Of a stretch of DNA of 64,000 nt, positions 35,783 to 47,700 are shown in pieces (the first letter of the stretch is position 1; each line of letters starts with the position of its first letter). The stretch is taken from assembly GCA_010909165.1 (NCBI GenBank), contig MU008176.1, forward strand, positions 860,856 through 924,855, in the 5' to 3' direction. The notes beneath the pieces are model-generated. The model saw only the letters and a list, made by a program, of their open reading frames with translations. It did not search any database and was not told the DNA's origin. The translations under genes were made by a program, and so were the position numbers. The DNA comes from Anthoceros angustus (lineage: Eukaryota > Plantae > Anthocerotophyta).

Positions 35783-38700
35783 ATGGCATCAGCGTGTCAC
35801 AACAACATGTGTGCTTCATTCTCCTTTTCTGCACAGAAATTACCGAACCCGAAGGACGGAAGAGGTGTCTGCATCGTCGTCCATGTTACAGCGTCAGAGA
35901 ACCGTCACATCAGTGCAGATAAGGCAATGGAAGTGGAGAGGCTCTGGGAACAGCTGTTCTCCAATCCTGCGGAATGGTGGGACAATAGGGCAGGCAAGGT
36001 GCGATTTTGTTCATTTCTTCGGGCTCTCCTCGATTCGTGTGCTGCTTCTTTGGATGCTCGAGTGCGAGCACGATGTTGATTACTCTGATATATTGCTCTC
36101 TGCGCAGAATCATAGAAAGGTTCCTGATTTTCGACACAAGGTCTCCAAGGAAGGTTTGTGGGTTGATAGTGAGCTGAATCCCAGCTGGCTCCCATCGAAG
36201 TTGGCTTCTCTTTACAGAGATAAGCATCAGGGCTCGTCTTGCAAAGGTGTGCAGCATCTGTTCATATTCTCATGCCAGGGATGCAGACAATCCAGAATGC
36301 GGTCTTTGCGGGAATTTTGTAGTCATCCCCGGAATTGCTTTATGACAGGTGTTGACGAGAATACACCAGAAAGAGAGAGGGAAAGGCTTTCCTGGCCATA
36401 CTACTCCTCAGAAGGCCATACAGACCAGACCCCCCGTTCAGAATCCAGGAGTGCAAGGAGCAAAGAAGAACTGAGGGCTGATTTGACAACCCTGCCAAAT
36501 GGTCGTGCTCTTGGAGTCGAGAGTTCAGCACGTACCGGGTTAGTGGATCACCTATTCAGTAACATCGCTTAGGTTGTTGTGATTTGAAGCTGTGGAAAAG
36601 CATAGCATCAGATTGTCATCCAGAGTTTTCATGCCAGTCAACATTATCTGTCAACTGTTGTCACTGACAGGTAAAACACTGGGGCTGCATCAATGTTAAC
36701 ACAGGTGGCAGGACAATCTGGTATTGAAGAACTTGTGTAGGGAGGGGCGACTAAAGGAAGCAATCGCTGCATTGCAGCGGATGCATCAGCAGGACAGAAT
36801 GCCTTCGGTTGAAGCTTACAGCCACCTGTTGCAGGGGTGCATGAAGATGAAGGCTTTGGCTGAGGGCAAGCAGCTGCATGGCCTAATAGTGAAAATCGAC
36901 TTGGAATCGAACAGCATTCTTGGCCCCTCTCTTGTGAACATGTTTATAGAATGTGGGAGCCTCTCAGATGCGGCCCAGGTCTTCAACAGCTTGCCTCAAC
37001 GTACGACTTCCTCCTACATGGCAATCATCATGGGTTATGTGAAGTATGGAGCTGAACACAAGGCTTTGAGCATCTACCAGCGAATGGTGCAGGAAGGGGT
37101 GGAACCAAACAGAACAATCTTTGTGAGCCTACTCAAAGCCTGTGGCAACTCATCAAACCTGGACCTTGGGAAAAAGATTCATGCTGACGTTAGCAGAAGT
37201 CGTTGTGCATCCGATGTGTTTGTGGGTACTGCTTTGGTTTGCATGTATGCTAAATGTGGTCGCATGATGGATGCCAGACGTGTGTTCAGCACATCGTACA
37301 AGCGCGATGTGGTGTCCTGGAATGCAATGATTGCTGGGTATGCTCAGCATGCACAGAATGAGCAGGCATTGGAAATATATTTCCAGATGCAACGTGACGG
37401 TGTGATACCAAATATTCGCACCTTTGTTAGTGCACTGAAGGCATGTGGTGGCCTGGCAGCAACAATGCCCCATGACCAAGTGGTTAAGCTGGATTGCCTG
37501 CAGAAGGGAAAACAGATTCACGGTGAAGTTGTCAGGAGGGGTTTTGCAACAGACATGTTTGTGGCCACCACCCTGATTAGCATGTATGCAAGTTGTGGGA
37601 GCACGGTGGACGCATGTTGTGTATTTGACACGCTGCTCCATCGTGATGTGGTAATTTGGAATACCATGATAGGTTGTTTTATTCAGCACGACCAAAGTGA
37701 AGAGGCTCTGCAACTTTTTGGCAAAATGAAAGAAGCGGGTGTCGCTGCAAATAGTAGGACCTTTGTAAGTGTGCTCAGAGCATGTGGCAGCCTGGGAATC
37801 AAGGAAGATGGCATTGCAATCAATGGGGCGCTGGTGAAGCCGGACTCCCTGCAGAGAGGAAGGGAACTGCATGCTGGAATTGTTGAGGCAGGCTGTGCAC
37901 TGGATCCAAACATTGGCAGCAGTTTGATTGATATGTATGCAAAGTGTGGGAGCATGACAGATGCACAGCAGGTGTTTGAAACATTGCCAGAAACAAATGT
38001 GGCAGCATGGACTGGAATGATCACTGGTTACAGGCAACAAAAGGACATCAACCGGGCTTTGCAATTGTATGCAGAAATATGGGAGAAAGGTATGGTGCCA
38101 GATAATCGGACTTTTGTGACCGTGCTCAAGGCATGTAGCAGCCTGGCTGCCATGGAAGAAGTTGTGGTTATCAATGGGGAACGAGTCAAGCCAAAATCCC
38201 TTGCGAAGGGCCAGGAGATACACGAGGAGATCATCAGGAGAGGGTATGCATCGGACACGTTTGTTGGAAATAGTCTTGCTGCCATGTATGCAAACTGTGG
38301 AAGCATGAAGAGTGCACATCAGGTCTTTGACGCGTTATGCCACCGTGATGTTGGATCATGGAATGCAATGATCATTGGATATGCACATCAAGATCATGGT
38401 GAGCAAGCTTTGCAGCTATATTCCAAAATGCAAAATGAAGGTGTCAGGCCCGATAGTTGGACCTTTGTTAATTTGCTCACTGCATGTGGTACATTGGGAG
38501 CATTGGAAGGGGCCACTACAGTTGATGGTGTCTATGTGAAAGCACGATGTTTGAAAAAGGTGAAGGAGATACATAAGGAAGCTGCCACAGCTGGGTATGA
38601 AACAAATGCATTTGTTGGTGCCACGCTCATAGACATATATGCGACCTGTGGGAGCATGATGGATGCACAGCAAGTCTTTGACAGATTTCCGCAGCGTAGT

Positions 38701-41700
38701 GTGGTGGCATGGACAGCAATTATTGGAGGATATGCTCAACAAGCACAGGGTGACAAAGCTTTGCACCTGTTTCACCAAATGCAGAAGGAAGGGGCAAAAC
38801 CAAACAACCGAACATTTGCTTGTGCTATAAAAGCATGCAGCAGTTTAGCAGACTTGGAAGAGTCTACTGTTGTAAATGGAGCACATGTTAAGATAAATAG
38901 CTTGCGGAAGGGTGAAGGGTTGTATACTGACATTTTAAGTTCTCATGATCAATTTGATACGGTGGTAGGTAATGCCCTTGTTGACATGTTTGCAAAATGT
39001 GGGAGCATGGAGAGAGCACAGAAGGTTTTTGAAACCATGCCAACCTGCAATGTTGGGACGTGGACAGCAATGATGGCAGGATATGCTCAGCAGGAACTGA
39101 ATCTCAAGGCTTTGCAACTGTATAGTCGAATGCAGCATGAGGGGGTGCAGCCAAACCATCGGACCTTTGTTTTTGCTCTGAAAGCATGTGGTGCCCTGGC
39201 AGCAAAAGAAGGAGCCACAAATGTTCGTGGAGAACTGGTGAAACTAGATTGCCTGCAACAAGGGCGACGAATACATGCCGATTGTATTAATGCTGGTTGC
39301 GAGTCAGATGCATTTGTTGGTGCAACGCTTGTTGACATGTATTCAAACTGTGGCAGCTTGGTGGAGGCACGTCATGTTTTTGACAGAATGACAGACCGGG
39401 GAGTGGTGGCGTGGACAGCAATGATAGCAGGTTATGCCCAGCGTGCGCAGGGTGAGAAGGCTTTGCAAGTGTATCAACAAATGCGGGATGAAGGTGTTGA
39501 GCCAAACAGTCGGACTTTTGTGTGCACCCTCAAAGCTTGTGTCAGTTTAGCAGAAGTAGGAGAGTCGATGCACAGGGAAGGAGAGCTGGCTAAAGAACGG
39601 GCTCTTGGGATGGGCATAGAGATACACGCTGACATCAATGAGAGGGGCCTGGAAACGGACTCATTTGTTTCTGCCAGCCTGGTTCAGATGTATGCGAGCT
39701 GTGGGCGCATGCTGGAGGCGCAGCGCATTTTTGACGCATTGCCCAGCCGTGATGTCGCAATGTGGACAGTGATGATTGCAGGATATGCTCAACAGGGAAA
39801 AGGTGAGAAAGCCATCCTATTGTATGAAAGGATGAGGAAGGAAGACGTCCCTCCAGACATATGGACTTTAGTCAGTGCACTAAAGCATGTTGCAGGTTTG
39901 CTGGCATGGATCAGGCTACTGTTGTGGATGAACAGTCGATCAAGACAGAGTGCCTGCAAAAGGGTAAGGAGCTACATGAAGAGGTTATCAGGAGGGTTTT
40001 GGGCTGGATTTGTTTGTGGGTGCCAGTCTCGTTAGCATGTATGCGATCTGTGGAAGCATGGAAGATGCACAGCGAGTCTTTGACTCGTTGCAGCAGCATG
40101 ATGTGGTGTTATGGACAGCAATGATAGGAGGATATGCTCAACAAGCACAGGGTGACAAAGCTTTGCACCTGTTTCACCAAATGCAGAAGGAAGGGGCAAA
40201 ACCAAACAACCGAACATTTGCTTGTGCTATAAAAGCATGCAGCAGTTTAGCAGACTTGGAAGAGTCTACTGTTGTAAATGGAGCACATGTTAAGATAAAT
40301 AGCTTGCGGAAGGGTGAAGGGTTGTATACTGACATTTTAAGTTCTCATGATCAATTTGATACGGTGGTAGGTAATGCCCTTGTTGACATGTTTGCAAAAT
40401 GTGGGAGCATGGAGAGAGCACAGAAGGTTTTGAAACCATGCCAACCTGCAATGTTGGGACGTGGACAGCAATGATGGCAGGATATGCTCAGCAGGAACTG
40501 AATCTCAAGGCTTTGCAACTGTATAGTCGAATGCAGCATGAGGGGTGCAGCCAAACCATCGGACCTTTGTTTTTGCTCTGAAAGCATGTGGTGCCCTGGC
40601 AGCAAAAGAAGGAGCCACAAATGTTCGTGGAGAACTGGTGAAACTAGATTGCCTGCAACAAGGGCACGAATACATGCCGATTGTATTAATGCTGGTTGCG
40701 AGTCAGATGCATTTGTTGGTGCAACGCTTGTTGACATGTATTCAAACTGTGGCAGCTTGGTGGAGGCACGTCATGTTTTTGACAGAATGACAGACCGGGG
40801 AGTGGTGGCGTGGACAGCAATGATAGCAGGTTATGCCCAGCGTGCGCAGGGTGAGAAGGCTTTGCAAGTGTATCAACAAATGCGGGATGAAGGTGTTGAG
40901 CCAAACAGTCGGACTTTTGTGTGCACCCTCAAAGCTTGTGTCAGTTTAGCAGAAGTAGGAGAGTCGATGCACAGGGAAGGAGAGCTGGCTAAAGAACGGG
41001 CTCTTGGGATGGGCATAGAGATACACGCTGACATCAATGAGAGGGGCCTGGAAACGGACTCATTTGTTTCTGCCAGCCTGGTTCAGATGTATGCGAGCTG
41101 TGGGCGCATGCTGGAGGCGCAGCGCATTTTTGACGCATTGCCCAGCCGTGATGTCGCAATGTGGACAGTGATGATTGCAGGATATGCTCAACAGGGAAAA
41201 GGTGAGAAAGCCATCCTATTGTATGAAAGGATGAGGAAGGAAGACGTCCCTCCAGACATATGGACTTTAGTCAGTGCACTAAAAGCATGTTGCAGGTTTG
41301 CTGGCATGGATCAGGCTACTGTTGTGGATGAACAGTCGATCAAGACAGAGTGCCTGCAAAAGGGTAAGGAGCTACATGAAGAGGTTATCAGGAGGGGTTT
41401 TGGGCTGGATTTGTTTGTGGGTGCCAGTCTCGTTAGCATGTATGCGATCTGTGGAAGCATGGAAGATGCACAGCGAGTCTTTGACTCGTTGCAGCAGCAT
41501 GATGTGGTGTTATGGACAGCAATGATAGGAGGATATGCTCACTGTGGAGAAGGAGAGAGAGCTTTGCAGCTATATGCACAAATGCAAGAGAAAGGACTGA
41601 GACCAAACAACAGGACATTTGTGAGCTTGCTGAAAGCATGTGGCAGTTTGGCGGTCAAAGAGCAAGTTACCCTAGTGAATGGACGATCGATGAAACTAGG

Positions 41701-42832
41701 AAGCCTGGACAAAGGACGGGCAATCCACACCGAGATTGTGGAAACTGGCATAGAGCTGGACATGTTTGTGGCCACTACTCTTGTCGATATGTACGCAAAA
41801 TGTGGGAGCATGGTGGATGCACATCGGGCTTTTGATTCCCTGACCCAGAGAGACGTCGTGTCATGGACTGCCATGATTGCAGGATATGCTGAGCTAGAGC
41901 AGGGCGAGCGGGCTGTAGAACTGTACCGTCAGATGCAAGAGGAGGGTGTGAGGCCAAGTCAGGCAACATTCCTGAGCATCCTCCAAGCATGCAGCTGCAC
42001 AGGAGCGCTCAAAACCTGTTCCCAAATCCATCAGGATCTCATCCACAGCGGACTGGGTACCAATGCCAGGCTTGCAACCTCTCTGATCAATGCGTATGCA
42101 AAATGCGGCAGCATGGTGGACGCTCAACTCGTCTTCGACACCTTCCGACAGCAAGCGTCCGGACAGCACGATGTGTGCTCTTGGACTGCACTGATAGCAG
42201 GGTACGCTCGGCAGGGCAGCGCTCATCTGAGCTTGGAGTGCTTGAACCAAATGCAACAGGCAGGCATCAAGCCAGACGGAGTGACAGCCTTGTCCGTGCT
42301 TGCAGCCTGCAGCCACGCAGGCCTAGTGGACGAGGGCCTGGAGTACTTCGACTCATGGAGCAGAAACGACACCACCACCCTAACAGTCGACCACTATACC
42401 TGCTTGGTGGACCTCCTGGGACGCGCAGGACTGTTCAATAAGTTGGAGCAGCTCCTGCTCCTAATGCCCATGCAGCCCAACACCGCCATCTGGCTCTGCC
42501 TTCTGGGCGCCTGCCAGAAACACAACAACCTGGAGCTGGGACGTCGGGCCTTCGAAGCAGCACTCCTCCTCGACCCAGCACAGTCCGCCCCGTACCTCCT
42601 CATGTCCAACATCTACGCCAGAGCAGGCATGTGGGAGGAGGCCAGAAAAACCGACCACCAAAGGAGAGCCGCAGGTGCGTGGAAGCAGCCCGGCGTGAGC
42701 TGGGTCGAACACCGAGGCCAGGTGCACACCTTCGGAGCCAACGACACCCAGCACGCCAAAACACCAAAGGTGCTGGCCAGGCTGAAGCAGCTGGATGAGG
42801 GGATAAACCGCCTAGTACAGCCCGGCAGTTAA
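35783..42832 (+). CDS. Very long PLS-class PPR (P-longL-S triplets, E1/E2/E+, no DYW) with a predicted N-terminal OSB-type PDF motif; five 1-nt deletions within an internal duplication
   Basis: ~117-aa triplets with a ~50-aa L motif; C-terminus ends ...YLLMSNIYARAG...KQPGVSWVE...stop. Predicted introns 35999-36107 (phase 0) and 36539-36704 (phase 2, GTTAGT donor) join WWDNRAGK|NHRKVPDFRHK and RTG|WQDNLVLKNLCREGRL in frame. Start codon uncertain. Confidence 0.85.
38725..41541 (+). repeat. Near-identical 1404-bp tandem duplication (4 PPR triplets) inside the PLS-PPR
   Basis: ggaggatatgctca at 38725, 40127 and 41528. The copies are 1402 and 1401 nt, which equals 1404 minus 2 and 3 single-base deletions. 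Confidence 0.95.
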
Positions 42833-42996
42833 TCCGGTTACGTCCGAGTCCACGGACTGCGGCCCAACGGCTTTGTCCCGTGAGCCGGACACGCAACGGT
42901 TATGTTCGCGCGGCCTGGGAACGCCAACAACGCTTGCAAGAACGCGCCATGGGAGGGAAGGAAGGGTCTAGCTGCTGATCGTCGCGGGGAGCGAGA

Positions 42997-44277
42997 ATGT
43001 GGCAGGAGGTGCGGAACCAAGCGGCGGTGGCATGCTTCGAGTACGCGCGGGAAGCCGGGCTGATCCCGGGCCAGGATTCCTCGGATGCTAGCCAGAAGAT
43101 CAAGACGCGGTTTCCCGACACGCTGAAGGCGCAGCTGGCGGCGTACGTCCTGCAATGGCACCGTGCGCTCCCGCTGCGGGGGATCATCATAGGGCAGTCC
43201 CCGACGCCCTGCGACAAGGGCAGCCCGAGCTCCACCGAGACGGCCCCGCACCTGGCCGCCAGCTTCGCCTTCCGGGAAGGAGTGGAGCCGCCGGCGGCGT
43301 CCGAGATCCTGGCCAACGAATTCCGCCTCTGCGGGAAGGACGGGGCGGAGGCCTTGGAGGCGGTGCGGGACTGCTGGAAGCTGGTGGATCACGGCGTGGT
43401 GTCGGTGCACGCGCTCCCGCTGGGCATGGAGAACCGCTTCGACTGGTCCCCGGCCACGGAGAGCGACACGGCGCAGATGCAGGCCTTGGCGCGAGCGCTC
43501 TGCCATCTCATGTCCCTGAGCGCGGAGATGGGACCCCGCGGGAGCACACGGGTGGTGGCCATGGGGCGGTGGGCGCACGACGTTGCCTCGGAGCTGCGTC
43601 GACAGTTCACCGAGCGCCTGCAGGCCGGGCAGAGCAAGTTCTGGACGCTGGACATCCGTGGCTCCCTGTCGCATCCCGCCCGCACCTGGCACAAGTTCCA
43701 GTCGCGCGCCCCGGACCAGATCACCATGGGCCGCGAGGAGGACCTTCTCGCGCTCTACGACCTCTTCCTGTCCGGGAAGCACAAGCACCAGCGCCCGCAC
43801 CTCAACGGGAACGGAGCCGGGAACGGGAACGGGCACGGGCATCCCCCCGTTCCGTCGCTCCCCGACCGGCGCTCCTCTCCCGCGCTAGAGCCGAGAATGC
43901 GCTACGTCGGGGGCCTCGGCGGCGCGGGGAACAACACAGGGTTCAAGGCGTGCACGGAGAACGGCGGCATCGGGAGCGTACGCACCAGCTTCGGCGGCTC
44001 CCCGGCGGACGGCTGCAACATCATCGGCTATGGCGGCGGCCTGCTCAAGCCGCCTGAGGACGCGCAATCGCAACCGCAACCGCAATCGCAACCGCAACCG
44101 CAACCGCAATCGCACGTTCTCAAGGAGCTCCAATTCGACAGCAACATCAGCAGCCTGGGCCTAAACGGATCCTCCGGAGCCAACTCCGTGTGGCCGGAGC
44201 GCGGCATCAAAACCAGGGTGGAGCGCGCGTTGCCCGTGTTCCGAGGCGAACTGCACGCTTCAGCTCGCCACTGGTAA
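42997..44277 (+). CDS. 426-aa intronless protein with a putative divergent uracil-DNA-glycosylase (UNG-like) fold and a low-complexity C-terminus
   Basis: Long ORF with strong GC3 bias. Motifs in UNG order: IIIGQSPTP, ASFAFREGVEPPAASEILANEF, DCWKLVDHGVVSVHAL, VVAMGRWA, SLSHPAR. The ORF is probably real; the fold assignment is by eye. Confidence 0.6.
   Translation: MWQEVRNQAAVACFEYAREAGLIPGQDSSDASQKIKTRFPDTLKAQLAAYVLQWHRALPLRGIIIGQSPTPCDKGSPSSTETAPHLAASFAFREGVEPPAASEILANEFRLCGKDGAEALEAVRDCWKLVDHGVVSVHALPLGMENRFDWSPATESDTAQMQALARALCHLMSLSAEMGPRGSTRVVAMGRWAHDVASELRRQFTERLQAGQSKFWTLDIRGSLSHPARTWHKFQSRAPDQITMGREEDLLALYDLFLSGKHKHQRPHLNGNGAGNGNGHGHPPVPSLPDRRSSPALEPRMRYVGGLGGAGNNTGFKACTENGGIGSVRTSFGGSPADGCNIIGYGGGLLKPPEDAQSQPQPQSQPQPQPQSHVLKELQFDSNISSLGLNGSSGANSVWPERGIKTRVERALPVFRGELHASARHW
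44065..44112 (+). repeat. Coding hexanucleotide microsatellite (caaccg/caatcg)8 encoding a QP/QS tract
   Basis: Directly visible in the sequence. Confidence 0.95.
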
Positions 44278-44722
44278 CCACAGGAAATGAATTAGGGTTT
44301 TGGACTTCAGAACTAGAAAACTGGAATAGACTTTGTTGGGAACTGGTTCCTCGTTTCTTTTAGTTCCGGAGCCTGGTTTTGCATGTCTCTAGCCTGTTTG
44401 GCCTTCCATTGTGGTATGTAGTATGTGGTCTTAAATTGCTCATGTTGAGGCCCATGAGCGTCATCGGTCTTGATGTACTTCATAAATAGACCTCGTTTCA
44501 CTTTGATAAAGGATGAGTTCACCCTGGCTATCATGTTATGGGAATCTTTCATTCTTTCTAACTCAACAATAAAAAAACCATCTCAAATACTTAGTTAATC
44601 ATCTTGAAGAATTTTTTTACATATTTCAGGAAAAAATATTCTCTCATTATAAGATGAATCTTCTTCAAATAAGTTAATAGTGGCTAAGTTAGACTAAAAC
44701 TAGGAGAAAATTATATGGCTCA

Positions 44723-47700
44723 TCAATTTTTATCCTTAAGTCCTGCAATGCTTGTTCTTGAAGTTCTCATCTTAAGTAAAGATCTGGCAGAATCAGATAA
44801 AGCACTATGTCTACGTTTTTTAGCAGATGGTCTCCTTTGATACGCAACTAAAGCTATTGCTTTAAGATCTAGAGGAGACCTTAAAATCATGGACATTCCT
44901 TTCTGATACGTGCTCCATGCCAATAAACTAGATCTACGCCTAGCATGAATAGCCCTCTCTTTTATTTCCAGTTCTTGAATAATGCGTCGATCATATGGAA
45001 AACGAATGCTGCAAAGAACATATGCATGAGGTTTTTTTTTGTTGGAGTTATGGGTGAATCAATTAAGCAACAATAAGAAAATATCTACTACCTTTTGATT
45101 GATAAGTATATACATGCTGGAAGGAAGAGTGTATACATCATGAAAAATGAAAATAACCAAATACAATTAGTACTGTATAACAGTACAAGGTTCCCTGAAT
45201 ATTCACCACCTATAAGATTTGGAGGCAAAGTTGGATAAAATGTACTAAATAAATAACAAGCAAAACTTTCAATCAACCAAACCCGAAAATTCAACCAAGT
45301 CCAACTCTGCAATCATATACAAATACAATTAAATGACATTCACTTTACAATGTTAAGCACTTGGAATAACATACAACAATTTTGAACCTTGGTAGGAAAG
45401 TATGAAATTAATCATGGACTTGCTTACCTCTGTCAATAGAAAATACTGTAATTTTGTAATAACTTGCAAAGTGGGCACCATTACAAATGTAATGTGAATA
45501 AGTCCCCCCATTTTTCCAGTTTTATCTACAGACTTATGCCCAAATATAGATACTATGAAAAATGGATGTAATACTCCCTACAACAACAATAAAATGAATT
45601 GTATAGATGTTATATTTAATTTTTGATTATATTATATTAGATAAATTTATTATATCTATGAATATAACCTGAAAAATACTTAATACAATCCATCCAAAAA
45701 AAGTGACTTTGTTTTGTTGTTGTTGACCCTGTGTAACACACATATTTCCTTTGTCATTTTCATATGATAAATCTATGGAAAATAAAAACAAATCAAGAAA
45801 TCTATATAGGCTTGTCACTAACCTCTTCGTACATTTCTGGAAATCGTAATCTAGAAGCTGCAGAGACATCTTGGTCTAAGATTGATGTAAGCAACATGGG
45901 CAAATTTCCAAATATCATATCGTAACTATTATGAATCCAAATGTCATCAAGTATTGATACTGAAGTCCCTTTTGTTCCGTATACATCCCAAAGAAAAATG
46001 CATAAAGTGATGGCAATGCCTCTGCAAAAAAAAAAGTAACCTGCTATGCCAAATGTAAGTTCACATACGTAAGTGCAAGTATGAAGTATACAATCTTGGT
46101 AATAGTCACTATACCAGCTTGACTACTCGTTGATAACACCAAGCACCATGTACCAAAAGAAGACGCTCTAGAAAACGAAATTCTCCTAACGATATATCTG
46201 CCTCCAAATAAGCCTGTATTCAATCTTTCATATGTAAGCAAAGTAATGCTTAGCTAATCATGTACGTCACTAAAAAGTGTAATTAGGATTGCTTACTTGT
46301 TGATTCTCTATGCCTTTTATACCGACTCCTATATTTGCTTTTTGGATCATGGGAATATCATTTGAGCCATCTCCAATGCTTAGACAAATATATCCACTAC
46401 CATTGCGTACGAGCTCTGCAATTTCGCCCTTCTGAAGGGCACTTACTCGGCAACAAAACACTGACTCACAAGCTAATGCTAGCAATAAAAATTCTTTTTT
46501 CATCTTCTTGTTGTTTGATATATAGGAGAGAGAACCTCCATCAATGATGAGAGAATGCTGAGTTTTATTTGGATCCTTCTTAACTATCATGCTATATTCT
46601 CCTAGGAGTTTAGAAATATAACCAGTATAGAACTGCAGAGAAAAGAACATGTTATTAGTATATTGAGATTTGTATGCATGTTAACATGCAAATATTATGA
46701 TTATTTTGATTGTTTTTATAATTAAATATAATAAAATATTAATATTAAGTATAATTATCTTTTCAAAGTAGCATGAAGGGACCATTGCAATAAGCCTATT
46801 CTCTTAACCTGGTTTAAATTTGTTGTGTTATCATTAGGTAGAATACTATAATCTTCTATTGAGATTATAAGTTTGACCATATTGTTCCGTAATAAACAAG
46901 CGGCATAGCCCATGGAGCTCGATGTATTAATGCTATCTCCAGTTAGAATCCAAAATTTAATTCCTGCTTTTGATAGATTATCAATAGTTCGTGGAACATT
47001 AGTCTGAACAACAAATCAGATAAAGCATTAATTTTCATAAGTAATTGATGGTATTAAATGAAAACATTTAAACACTTAGTTTCATATTTTTAGTACTTGG
47101 AGCTTGTCTTCTAATGCTGCAGCTCCAAGAAGAGTTAAATTTTTTTCAATTTCATTTTGTAGACTTTCTTTCGTAGATTCCATATTAGTCTCTTGTATGT
47201 CCTTTGCAGCATTGTATTTATCCTAAGATGAAAAAATATTTTAAATTAATATTTTAAAATAAATATAAGTAGTTATTCTATAAGTCAATGGAGAACTTAC
47301 ACTCCAAATGGAATATTCAATTTGTGAGAGCTCCTTGAAAGCAAATACTATAACTCGAAGCCCTGCCTCACAAAACTCTTCAATCTGCCTTTTTGTGACT
47401 ATTTGTAATTGTTCACTTGCTAGATTGAGAATCTTAAAGATTTCTACATCTGCACCTTTTGTAAGGAGGAAAATATGTTGAAGAGAGTCTCGAATTATTA
47501 CAGATGAAATTCTTCTGTTTTGTTTGAAAAAGAAAACGAAGAACTATTATTATATTATGATTATATATATAATAAATATATAAATAAAAACATCAACATA
47601 TGTGGGGACATTGTTTGGTAAAACTAATCAACCTATTTGTATCTTCACTGTTTGGCATAATTTGTAGAATTTTGTATTCTTGGTCTTCATTCATTTTGGT

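Noticed and set aside
37153-38319. 388-aa minus-strand ORF
   Set aside because: Antisense shadow of the PLS-PPR with no motifs of its own.
36724-42832. Three or four separate PPR genes, or a PPR pseudogene
   Set aside because: The breaks are 1-nt deletions that the duplicate copy corrects; one gene is more parsimonious.
42650-42832. DYW deaminase domain at the PPR C-terminus
   Set aside because: The PG box is present, but the stop comes before any HxE/CxxC motif and none is seen in downstream frames.
42838-44057. 334-aa minus and 300-aa alternative-frame plus ORFs
   Set aside because: Expected from high GC content over the 426-aa ORF, whose frame has the GC3 bias and the motifs.
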